From contig CAXRAE010000008.1 in NCBI GenBank assembly GCA_964229025.1, positions 146,094 to 178,093 of the forward strand: a stretch of 32,000 bases of DNA, in the 5' to 3' direction. The notes below the pieces were generated by a model. It worked only from the letters and a program-made list of their open reading frames with translations, was not told the DNA's origin and searched no databases. This DNA comes from Limnobacter sp. (GTDB lineage: Bacteria; Pseudomonadota; Gammaproteobacteria; Burkholderiales; Burkholderiaceae_B). This document shows, in pieces, positions 19,613-27,772 of the stretch (positions within the stretch are counted from its first letter, which is position 1; every line of letters starts with the position of its first letter). Made by a program: the position numbers and the translations under genes.

Positions 19613-20997
19613 GCGAAAACATTCTGCAAGTCGTCAACCCCTTTACCCTGAAAACAATCGGCGAAGTGCCCACAGTGGGTTGGCCGACCATTGACGGCTG
19701 GCTGGCCACGGCCGACCGTCTTCACCGTGACCGCGCAGGCTGGTTGCCAGCGCACAAACGAATCGCCATTTTGAAAAAAACCGCGCAACTGATGCAGGGC
19801 CGTTTTGACGAACTGGCCCATCAAATTGCCAATGAAGGTGGCAAACCCCTGATGGATGCCCGGGTTGAAGTCACCCGCGCCATTGATGGTGTTGAGCTGT
19901 GCATCAAGGAATTGGGGCACCTCACAGGCGAAGAAATCCCTATGGATTTAACCGCTGCGGGCGCTGGGCGAATGGCCTTCACCACACGCGAGCCGATTGG
20001 GCCCGTGGTCGCAGTTTCAGCCTTCAATCACCCTTTGAATTTGATTGTGCACCAAGTTGGGCCAGCGGTGGCCACGGGTTGCCCGGTGTTGGTCAAGCCA
20101 GCCAGCGCAACACCACTCAGTTGCAAAGCCTTTGTGAACATGCTGTACGAGGCTGGCCTGCCGGAAGAGTGGTGCCGCTTTGCGCCTTGCAAAAGCGATG
20201 TGGCCGAGCAAATGGTCACCGACCCCAGGGTGGCTTTTTTCAGTTTCATTGGTTCCAGCAAGGTGGGCTGGTCGCTGAAAAGCAAACTGGCCCCCGGCAC
20301 GCGTTGTGCCCTGGAACATGGCGGCGTGGCCCCTGTCATTGTCGATGACTGCGCAGATCTTCAAGCCATGGTGCCTGCACTGGTGAAAGGTGGTTTTTAC
20401 CACGCCGGGCAGGTGTGCGTTAGCGTACAGCGGGTGTATGTGCCTGAAGACATGGCTTGTGCCGTGGCGCAGGCCATTGCCGACCAGGCTGCCCAGTTGA
20501 AAGTGGGCGATGCTGTAGAAGAAGACACCCAATGCGGGCCACTCGTCAACCCGAAAGAAGTCACCCGCGTTCATGAATGGGTGAACGAGGCCGTATCCGG
20601 CGGCGCGCAGGTGTTGTGTGGTGGCAAACCTTTGGGTGAAACCACTTACGCCCCCACCGTGCTGTTGAATCCCCACGCTCAAGCCAAGGTCAGCCAGGAA
20701 GAAGTGTTTGGCCCTGTGGTGTGTGTGTATGGCACCGACTCGCTCAGCGACGCGATCGCTCGCGCCAACAGTTTGCCTGTTGCATTTCAGGCGGCTGTGT
20801 TCACGCAGAAGTTGAAAGTGGCCATGCGCTGTGTGCGGGAAATCGACGCCACAGCCGTCATGGTCAACGACCACACAGCATTTCGTGTGGATTGGATGCC
20901 ATTTGCCGGTCGCCGGCACTCGGGTTATGGCGTGGGTGGAATTGGCCACACCATGCGAGACATGACCCAGGAAAAAATGGCTGTGATTAAGCTTTAA
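19609..20997 (+). CDS. NAD(P)-dependent aldehyde dehydrogenase family protein
   Basis: ALDH blocks FNHPLNL, ALEHGGVAP (Glu active-site region), GQVCVSVQRVYV (Cys nucleophile) and EEVFGPV. ATG 19609 overlaps the upstream TGA (ATATGA), and GAAGG lies 9 nt upstream, so the two genes look translationally coupled. Confidence 0.85.
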   Translation: MSENILQVVNPFTLKTIGEVPTVGWPTIDGWLATADRLHRDRAGWLPAHKRIAILKKTAQLMQGRFDELAHQIANEGGKPLMDARVEVTRAIDGVELCIKELGHLTGEEIPMDLTAAGAGRMAFTTREPIGPVVAVSAFNHPLNLIVHQVGPAVATGCPVLVKPASATPLSCKAFVNMLYEAGLPEEWCRFAPCKSDVAEQMVTDPRVAFFSFIGSSKVGWSLKSKLAPGTRCALEHGGVAPVIVDDCADLQAMVPALVKGGFYHAGQVCVSVQRVYVPEDMACAVAQAIADQAAQLKVGDAVEEDTQCGPLVNPKEVTRVHEWVNEAVSGGAQVLCGGKPLGETTYAPTVLLNPHAQAKVSQEEVFGPVVCVYGTDSLSDAIARANSLPVAFQAAVFTQKLKVAMRCVREIDATAVMVNDHTAFRVDWMPFAGRRHSGYGVGGIGHTMRDMTQEKMAVIKL

Positions 20998-21030
20998 CTT
21001 GTTTGAAAGACACGCCATGGCACTAAAAAA

Positions 21031-21297
21031 GTGGGTTTAAATGATGTCACCTCCCTGATTCGCTCCCGTCGGCGCGAAATGGGGTTGACCCAAAAGCAAT
21101 TGGGCGATTTGTTGGGCATTGACCAACGCACGGTGTCTTCCCTGGAGAAAAACCCGGGTTCCATCAGCGTGCATCGCCTGTTCGCCGTGCTGGGTGCTTT
21201 GCAGGTGGGTTTGTACGCCTCAAACGACCCGCGCGACGAAAGCAATTTGTCCCGGGTCACGGTAGACCAGTTGTTTAGAAATGCGAAAATTGTTTAA
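21031..21297 (+). CDS. XRE-family HTH protein, HipB-like, with no adjacent kinase
   Basis: LIRSRRREMGLTQKQLGDLLGIDQRTVSSLEKNPGSISVHRLFAVLGALQVGL runs parallel to E. coli HipB (LVRQQNGWTQSELAKKIGIKQATISNFENNPDNTTLTTFFKILQSLELSMTL, recalled from memory). GTG start. Confidence 0.75.
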   Translation: MGLNDVTSLIRSRRREMGLTQKQLGDLLGIDQRTVSSLEKNPGSISVHRLFAVLGALQVGLYASNDPRDESNLSRVTVDQLFRNAKIV

Positions 21298-21311
21298 GGT
21301 TTAAGCCCTTC

Positions 21312-21339
21312 GGCGGCTTCACGGCTGCCGCCTCTTTTC
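21312..21339 (+). terminator. Weak terminator-like hairpin after the HTH gene
   Basis: ggcggc-ttcacggct-gccgcc followed by tcttttc. The stem is only 6 bp. Confidence 0.35.
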
Positions 21340-21435
21340 ACCCCTTCACCCGGGGTGCATCACCCTTTTTGATTCGATTTTTATAAACGTCGCGCGCCGA
21401 GTAACTTTTGCCGGTTATCGGCTTGTCGTGCGTTC

Positions 21436-24400
21436 ATGGATTTCGTTCAAATTCCCGTTTTTGGTCAGTCGGTCAGGCCTGGTCTCGGTTTTCGCTTTCG
21501 TGGCAATTACTGGGCATTTTTCGAACGGCGCACGAAATTGTCGCCCTGGCTGGCCTTGCACCGCGAATCCATCAACGACACCCTGTTGGACGAGTTGCTG
21601 TTCCACGGTTTCCCAAAAAGCAGAACGGGCCAAACTGTGGATTGCAAGGTGCTCACGCATTTTGGTTTGATCTACGGCCCTTTGTACCGCGATGGTTGGC
21701 TGGTTGACCGCACCGAGCGCCAACGCACAGCGGTGTTCACTGGCGACTTGCAAGTGGTCAAGTTGCCGATATCCGACAGGCCTGAAACCAACCTGCTCGA
21801 CCCCAACAGCATTTACTGGGTTAGCGAAGAAAAACTGTTGAACCATCCCGCAGGCAGTGCGGAGCACGAGCGCGGCCAGGCGCTGGTGGAAATGGCCAGC
21901 ATCTTGCTGGCGCGCTGGCGCGAGCATGATCGCTTGAACCTGGAATTCAAGGCGCAAAGCCGTGTGCGTGAACTGCTTGAAGAGGGCAAGGCGATTGGCC
22001 ATGGCGTGGGCTCTGCAGCCGTGGATTTTGTGCAGGGGCTTTGGGATTTGATCAAGGTCACTGTGGAGTTCACCGCCACCGCAGTGAAAGCAAGCTGCCG
22101 TGGTTTGAAAAAAATCGTGCAGTCCAACTTTGCAGAAATTCGGCAAATGTTGTTGGCCGCGGGCATGCAAGCCTATCAAAGCGCCCAGGAAATGATCGCC
22201 GCCGTGCAAGAAGGGTTGCGCCTGTTCAATCTGGTTTGCCAGGATCGCTTGTTGCGAGCCGGTATTTTCGAATTTCTTGACGGGTATTCGGAAAGCGTTC
22301 CCCACCTTCGCCGCCTTCACAACATGGCCGGTGCGGTGTTTGTCATCGGTATTGAGGTGCTGCTGGCGCTGGCCACCATGGGCGGCAGTGTGGTGGCTGC
22401 GGCTGGGCGCATGGGTGTGAGGGTAGGGCCGTTCACCATGAAATCCATTCGACACCTGGCCCAGTTTGCCAAAGCCAAAGGCAGCGAATTGGCTCAGAAA
22501 ATGCGAGCCGACACCGGTGGCGCGCCCGCTGCCCCGCCTAAAAAAGCAGCAAACACAGCAGCCAACCCAACAGCCAACTCAACAGCCAACAACTCAACCA
22601 ACCCCTCATCCAAAACCGAGGCAGATTCATCCACCAAGCCAGCCGGGCCGCTTGAATCAACAGGCGCAAGTGGCCCGCGTGCGGAGAAAACACCCACGCA
22701 GGGCGAACCCATCAGCATGATCAATGGCGAAGAGCTGTTGCAACTGGTGGATTGCAGTTTGCCCGGTTTGGTGGGCATGAACTGGCAGCGTACCTATCGC
22801 AGCAGCATCGCCGAGCAGGGCTTTAATGCAGGGCTGGGTGCCGGTTGGGCGCACCCATTGGCGCAACACATTGAACTGAATTCGAACGGTTGCAATTACA
22901 TCGACGATGAAGGCCGCACGGTTTACTTCAAACCCTTGAACGTGGGGCAGCAGTGCACCAACACCAGTGAATTTCTAACGCTACGGCGCACCGGGCAGCA
23001 CACCTATCGCCTTCAAGCCAGCCATGGCTTGGGCTGGGCCTGGTATTTCGAGGCATTTGACCAAGGGCACGCCTCGCTTGCGCGAATTGAAGATGCCTTT
23101 GGCAACACCCTGCGCATTGAATACAACGGCGATGGTCGGCCCGCCTGGGTGCACAGCAGCCAAGCCAGCTGGGCGCTGCATTACAACGCACAAGGCTTGT
23201 TGGCCCATATCGCACAAGTGGCACAACCCCTTGATGTGGCTGGCTTGAATCAATGGGTTCTGGTTCAGTACCAGTACAACGAACTGGGGCAGCTGGTGGC
23301 CGCCACCGACGCTGCCGGGCACACCGAACGGTACGCTTACAATGCCAAGCACGTGCTGGTGCAACGCACCCTGAAAAGTGGCTACAACATTCACTTCGAG
23401 TGGGAAAGCTACCGCGCCGACGGCACGCCACTGCCCAATTCACGCTGCGCGCGCCAATGGGGCGACCCGGTGCAGGGCCAGCCCACCTACCACTACCGCT
23501 TTGAGTGGGATTTGACAGGCACAGGAATAGGCACTCGTGGCGCCGACGGCATGGTGAATGCAGCCATTGATAGCCGTGGCGCGCGCACCGAATACGAATT
23601 CAATCACCAAGGCTTGTGCACCCGGCAACGCAGCCCCGAAGGCGGCAGCACCCGCACCCGCTACAACGATCAAGGCCAGGCCATTGAGCAGGTGGATGAA
23701 CTGGGCCACGCCCAGCGCTGGGTGTACAACAGGCAGGGTTATTTGGTCGCGTATGTGGACAAACTGGGCCACACGCACCAACTGGAATTAAATGCGCAGG
23801 GCCAGGTGCTGCGCCACACCGACCCGGCAGGCCAAAGCCGCAGCTACACCTACACCCCAGAAGGCCTGTTGGCCAGCCAAACCGATGCCACCGAAGCCAC
23901 CACCCGCTACCGATACAACGAGCTTGGCTTGCCGTGCGAAATCATCAACCCATTGGGCCAAAGCACACGCCTGTTGTACAGCGCACAGGGGCAAATACAG
24001 GCCCAAACCAATGCGCTGGGGCACAGCACCACCTATCAATTTGATACGTGGGGCCGCTTGGTTGGTGTCAGCAACCCCATGGGGCGCACCGCCTCGTATG
24101 CCTACGATTTAATGGGCCGGTGCACCCGCGCCAGCAATCATGAAGGCTTGTCCACACAATACAGTTACACCGAACTGGGGCAGATCGCGAAAATCGTCGA
24201 CCCCACCGGGCGTAGCACCATTTACGAATACGCAGACCGTTTAAGCCAGCCCACCGCGCGTATTGATTCGCAAGGCTTCAGGCTGCATTACCGCTACGAC
24301 AGCGAACGCAACCTCGTCGAGCTCCACAATGAAAACGGCCAAAGCTGCCATTTTGAGTACGATTTGGCCGAGCGCCTGGTTAAAGAACGCGGATTCGACG

Positions 24401-26406
24401 GCCGCGTGCAAACCTATCAATACAACGCAGCAGGCCACCTGCAGGAAAAGCAGGATTGGGGCGTGTTGGGTGGCAGCGCCCCGGGCGAAACCGTCTTTCT
24501 GAACGACATTCCAGCCCAGCCCGTGGCCTTCACACGGTATGAACGCAATGCCCACGGCCTGCTGCTTAAAGCCATTCACAGCGACGGCGAAGAATCCACG
24601 TTCACATACAACGCCTTGGGCCAACTGGTGCAAGCCAACAACGCCCACCGTCCACTGGCTTGGGAAGTGGATCCAGAAGGCCGGGTGCTGGCTGAAATTC
24701 AAGACCAACACCGCATCGAACACAGCTACAACCCAGCGGGTTGGCTCAAACAAACCCAATGGCAAGGCATGGGCGGTGAAGCAAAAGGGGCGCTACCCTC
24801 GAGTGCCTTGGGTTTGAATTACAACGCGCTGGGGCAGCTCAGTGAAATCAATCTGAATGGCGAGCTACTCGCCCAGTTTGAACGCGACACCTTGGGCCGC
24901 GAAGTGAAGCGCAAACTGGCCAACCAGGTGCAAAGCCAAAGCCTGTACGACCCCCAAGGCCGCCTGGTGGGGCAGATCAACCGAAGGGGCCGCAACACTG
25001 GGCAAGTGGATGGCAGCGGGCCGACTTTGTCTCGCAGGCGCTATGTGTACAACCAGCGCAACCAGTTGGTTCGCATCGATGATCAAAACCACGGCAGCCA
25101 CTTCTACCAATACGACCCGCTCGACAGGTTGCGCACCGTTGAAGGCCCCAATCCAGAAGCCTTCCTGTTCGACCCCGCCAGCAACCTGTTAGAAGCGCTG
25201 GATGGGCAAGACGCCACCGATGCGATGGCAGCGAAATCGCTGCCTGAACCCGACAGCCCCAATGCCCGCAGGCCGCAACAAGCCCCGGGCAACCGGCTGA
25301 AACGCCAAGGCAACCGCCGCTTTACATACGACGAGCGCGGCAACCGCATTGAAGAAATCATCGAGCGCGGCCCAAGGCAAGGGCAGGTAACCCGCTACCG
25401 CTACAACGCTCAAAACCAGTTGATCGAAGTGAATGTGGGAGGTGTGGCCACCCGCTACGCTTACGACGCACTGGGCAGGCGAATTTCCAAAAGCAGTGAA
25501 CACAGCACCACCACCTTTTACTGGAATGGCGATGTGTTGCTGGGTGAAGTCAATGAACAGGTGATTGGCAACGCCGACCACAAATCGCCACGGCCCAGCC
25601 GCACCTATTTATTCGAACCCTTCAGCTTCACGCCACTGGCGCTGATTCAAAACGGTGAGGTGTTTCACTACCACACCGACCACATTGGCACACCGCGAGA
25701 AATCAGCAACGCCAATGCTGAAATAGTGTGGTCAAGCACCTTCAAAACCTACGGCGCACTGGCCGTGGCCCACGTGAACGAAGTAGCCAACCCGCTGCGC
25801 TTCCAAGGCCAATATTTCGACGAAGAAACAGGACTACACTACAACCGGCACCGTTACTACGACCCCAGCTGCGGCCAGTTCACCACCCAAGACCCGATCG
25901 GGTTGTTGGGTGGAATGAACGCCTACCAGTACGCACCGAACCCGCTGACATGGGTGGATCCGTGGGGGTTGAGTTGTAAGGAGTACGTCCACAGAAAAAC
26001 TAGAATTGATAGCAAAGTTACAGAAATAGAACAACAGCCACTACCGCAGAGCGTAAAAGATAGCTTTGAGGATGGCGAATATCGCACTGTAGTCGCAAAC
26101 GAGGATATTATTTTGTATCGCGCATATGGCGGTAATGCAAAAGCCTCTGGCGGTTTTGCTACTACGCTTCCAGTACAAAATAGAATTCAAGCGAAGCAGG
26201 ATTTAGCGCTGCTACCTGAGTGGAAAAACTCTCGGACCAATGAAGCAGTAATTCGTATTCCAAAGGAAACAGTCCTGAATGTCGGTAAAGTTGCACCCCA
26301 GCGCACCGCTTCGGGCACCGTTCTTCAGGGGGGTGCAGATCAGGTTCTTTTGCCGCAAAATTGGCCCTCGGAGTGGATTATTGATTATTATCCAATAAGA
26401 CCATAA
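21436..26406 (+). CDS. Rhs/YD-repeat polymorphic toxin (1656 aa): unknown N-terminal domain, low-complexity linker, Rhs shell, C-terminal toxin tip
   Basis: One continuous frame. A plug-like segment GEPISMINGEELLQLVDCSLPGLVGMNWQRTYRSS is followed by many YD repeats (YxYDxxGxL type: RYAYNAKH, RTRYNDQGQAIE, YTYTPEGLL, RYRYNELGL, YAYDLMGR, YAYDALGRRI). The conserved core end is LRFQGQYFDEETGLHYNRHRYYDPSCGQFTTQDPIGLLGGMNAYQYAPNPLTWVDPWGL (DPWGL at 25957-25971). The start codon is uncertain because there is no clear SD before 21436. Confidence 0.95.
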   Translation: MDFVQIPVFGQSVRPGLGFRFRGNYWAFFERRTKLSPWLALHRESINDTLLDELLFHGFPKSRTGQTVDCKVLTHFGLIYGPLYRDGWLVDRTERQRTAVFTGDLQVVKLPISDRPETNLLDPNSIYWVSEEKLLNHPAGSAEHERGQALVEMASILLARWREHDRLNLEFKAQSRVRELLEEGKAIGHGVGSAAVDFVQGLWDLIKVTVEFTATAVKASCRGLKKIVQSNFAEIRQMLLAAGMQAYQSAQEMIAAVQEGLRLFNLVCQDRLLRAGIFEFLDGYSESVPHLRRLHNMAGAVFVIGIEVLLALATMGGSVVAAAGRMGVRVGPFTMKSIRHLAQFAKAKGSELAQKMRADTGGAPAAPPKKAANTAANPTANSTANNSTNPSSKTEADSSTKPAGPLESTGASGPRAEKTPTQGEPISMINGEELLQLVDCSLPGLVGMNWQRTYRSSIAEQGFNAGLGAGWAHPLAQHIELNSNGCNYIDDEGRTVYFKPLNVGQQCTNTSEFLTLRRTGQHTYRLQASHGLGWAWYFEAFDQGHASLARIEDAFGNTLRIEYNGDGRPAWVHSSQASWALHYNAQGLLAHIAQVAQPLDVAGLNQWVLVQYQYNELGQLVAATDAAGHTERYAYNAKHVLVQRTLKSGYNIHFEWESYRADGTPLPNSRCARQWGDPVQGQPTYHYRFEWDLTGTGIGTRGADGMVNAAIDSRGARTEYEFNHQGLCTRQRSPEGGSTRTRYNDQGQAIEQVDELGHAQRWVYNRQGYLVAYVDKLGHTHQLELNAQGQVLRHTDPAGQSRSYTYTPEGLLASQTDATEATTRYRYNELGLPCEIINPLGQSTRLLYSAQGQIQAQTNALGHSTTYQFDTWGRLVGVSNPMGRTASYAYDLMGRCTRASNHEGLSTQYSYTELGQIAKIVDPTGRSTIYEYADRLSQPTARIDSQGFRLHYRYDSERNLVELHNENGQSCHFEYDLAERLVKERGFDGRVQTYQYNAAGHLQEKQDWGVLGGSAPGETVFLNDIPAQPVAFTRYERNAHGLLLKAIHSDGEESTFTYNALGQLVQANNAHRPLAWEVDPEGRVLAEIQDQHRIEHSYNPAGWLKQTQWQGMGGEAKGALPSSALGLNYNALGQLSEINLNGELLAQFERDTLGREVKRKLANQVQSQSLYDPQGRLVGQINRRGRNTGQVDGSGPTLSRRRYVYNQRNQLVRIDDQNHGSHFYQYDPLDRLRTVEGPNPEAFLFDPASNLLEALDGQDATDAMAAKSLPEPDSPNARRPQQAPGNRLKRQGNRRFTYDERGNRIEEIIERGPRQGQVTRYRYNAQNQLIEVNVGGVATRYAYDALGRRISKSSEHSTTTFYWNGDVLLGEVNEQVIGNADHKSPRPSRTYLFEPFSFTPLALIQNGEVFHYHTDHIGTPREISNANAEIVWSSTFKTYGALAVAHVNEVANPLRFQGQYFDEETGLHYNRHRYYDPSCGQFTTQDPIGLLGGMNAYQYAPNPLTWVDPWGLSCKEYVHRKTRIDSKVTEIEQQPLPQSVKDSFEDGEYRTVVANEDIILYRAYGGNAKASGGFATTLPVQNRIQAKQDLALLPEWKNSRTNEAVIRIPKETVLNVGKVAPQRTASGTVLQGGADQVLLPQNWPSEWIIDYYPIRP
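22507..22710 (+). repeat. Low-complexity Ala/Pro/Asn/Thr/Ser linker inside the Rhs ORF with imperfect short tandem DNA repeats
   Basis: The protein reads ADTGGAPAAPPKKAANTAANPTANSTANNSTNPSSKTEADSSTKPAGPLESTGASGPRAEKTPTQGEP. DNA at 22546-22606 reiterates cagccaac-type units. Confidence 0.8.
25972..26403 (+). other. Rhs C-terminal toxin domain (residues 1513-1656), family unassigned
   Basis: It begins immediately after DPWGL. Composition switches to visibly AT-rich from about 25980. The sequence is SCKEYVHRKTRIDSKVTEIEQQPLPQSVKDSFEDGEYRTVVANEDIILYRAYGGNAKASGGFATTLPVQNRIQAKQDLALLPEWKNSRTNEAVIRIPKETVLNVGKVAPQRTASGTVLQGGADQVLLPQNWPSEWIIDYYPIRP. Confidence 0.85.
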
Positions 26407-26411
26407 ATGTC

Positions 26412-26672
26412 ATGAATATTTCAATTGTCATAAATCAAATTGAGCAAGCCTTAGTTTTACTAAGGAAGCATCATGAATCATCTAGTTCATGGTTTGCTAA
26501 AACGATTGCCTTGTATGAAAAGGCTTTGCAAAGTCCGACAGATAAAAACTTTAAAGAATTACTAGGTTTGTCAAGGGCTTATTTAGAAACAGCAAGTGAT
26601 TGGAGTCAAGATTTCTTTATTGAAACCGATAGAACAGAGCAATTGGTGAAAACTTACCTAAACGCTCGATGA
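26412..26672 (+). CDS. Putative cognate Rhs immunity protein (86 aa)
   Basis: It starts 5 nt after the rhs stop on the same strand. It is AT-rich like the toxin tip and small. The call rests on the canonical rhs-CT/rhsI arrangement. No family recognised. Confidence 0.7.
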   Translation: MNISIVINQIEQALVLLRKHHESSSSWFAKTIALYEKALQSPTDKNFKELLGLSRAYLETASDWSQDFFIETDRTEQLVKTYLNAR

Positions 26673-26689
26673 AACCATAAACCCTAGCG

Positions 26690-27761
26690 CCTTCAGGCCA
26701 CAGCCGGACCCGGGTAACAGGCTGTAGCGGCAAGGAAGACCGCGCTTTACATGCGACGCACTTGGCGGGCAGGTATGCAAGGAAAGTGAAAGCGCCGATG
26801 GCACCAAAGCCACCACCACCTTTTACTGGAATGGCGATGTGCTGTTGGGTGAATTCAATGAACAGGTGATTGGCAACGCCGACCACAAACCGCCACGGCC
26901 CAGTCGCACTTACTTGTTTGAGCCATTCAGCTTCACGCCACTGGCGCTGATTCAAAACGGTGAGGTGATTCACTACCACACCGACCACATTGGCACACCG
27001 CGAGAAATCAGCAACGCCAATGCTGAAATAGTGTGGTCAAGCACCTTCAAAACCTATGGCGCACTGGCGCTGGCCCACGTGAACGAAGTGGATAATCCAC
27101 TGCGCTTTCAAGGGCAATATTTCGACGAAGAAACAGGGCTACACTACAACCGGCACCGGTATTACGACCCCAACTGCGGCCAGTTCACCACGCAAGACCC
27201 GATTGGGCTGTTGGGTGGAATGAATGCCTACCAGTACGCACCGAACCCGGTGACGTGGGTGGATCCGTGGGGGTTGAGTTGTAAAGAGTGGAAAGATCTC
27301 AACCCGGGGCTATCCACTTCGAGGCTTAATGAAATACTGGCTACCCCAAAAGGACAAAGGCCAGATCCTTCTACGTACCTATCAAAAACTATACTCGACG
27401 TCACAAGGCGTTTTTTGATTCGGGCGCGGCAAGGATTCAACCTTCTGCGCCAACTGGCACAATTGGCCGGACTGAGACATGGGTTTTTCCGAAATCTGTA
27501 GTGTCCGATGCAGTTTCGTCTGCTAATGGAGACCCAAGAAAACTTGAGTCTTTATTTGGGCTTGATGCAAGCTATTTAGGTACAGCGCCAGTATTGGTTG
27601 ATATCCCAAATCCACAGAATGTGCGCATCCCGTCGGGCAATGAGTTTGGGGCGAACGGTTTCTGGCGACCTGGCGGTCTCACTTATCCAGGACGAATTCC
27701 AGAAGCCGTTATTGACCCAGTGCTGGAAGGCGAATATCTGGTATCTCCTGTATTCAAATAA
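26690..27761 (+). pseudogene. Orphan Rhs C-terminal cassette (core 3' end plus an alternative toxin tip), promoterless, with an internal YD-repeat deletion and a frameshift
   Basis: Positions 26811-27285 align without indels to the main gene at 25506-25980 (offset 1305). By hand I count roughly 30 mismatches, with an identical 88-nt run at 25664-25751 versus 26969-27056. Weaker homology starts at about 26690, and an in-frame TAG lies at about 26724. DPWGL lies at 27262-27276. The new tip is split between the 26839 frame (stop 27499-27501) and the 27501 frame (open from 27333 to 27761). Confidence 0.85.
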
Positions 27762-27772
27762 ATGGTGAAAGT

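Noticed and set aside
18098-21018. Long minus-strand ORFs 18098-19531 (477 aa) and 20017-21018 (333 aa)
   Set aside because: They are antisense to the ThDP enzyme and aldehyde dehydrogenase genes. Their products are rich in His, Gly and Val and lack motifs.
21298-21435. Search for tRNA genes, att-like direct repeats or integrase genes at the borders of the Rhs/HipA region (also 30621-31008) and of the 12.6-13.55 kb islet
   Set aside because: I found no cloverleaf-compatible sequence, no flanking direct repeats and no recombinase ORF. I therefore do not call these regions mobile elements.
21415-22455. 346-aa minus-strand ORF opposite the Rhs N-terminal region. I considered it as a real gene because the Rhs N-domain is unassignable.
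   Set aside because: The plus frame runs without interruption from 21436 into the unmistakable Rhs repeats. The minus product is His/Gln/Ala/Gly-rich low-complexity sequence. I therefore keep the plus-strand reading, although the true Rhs start remains uncertain.
22546-22606. Short tandem repeats considered as a possible CRISPR or VNTR element
   Set aside because: The units are only about 8-12 nt, imperfect and without spacers. They lie in-frame inside the Rhs ORF and form a low-complexity coding linker.
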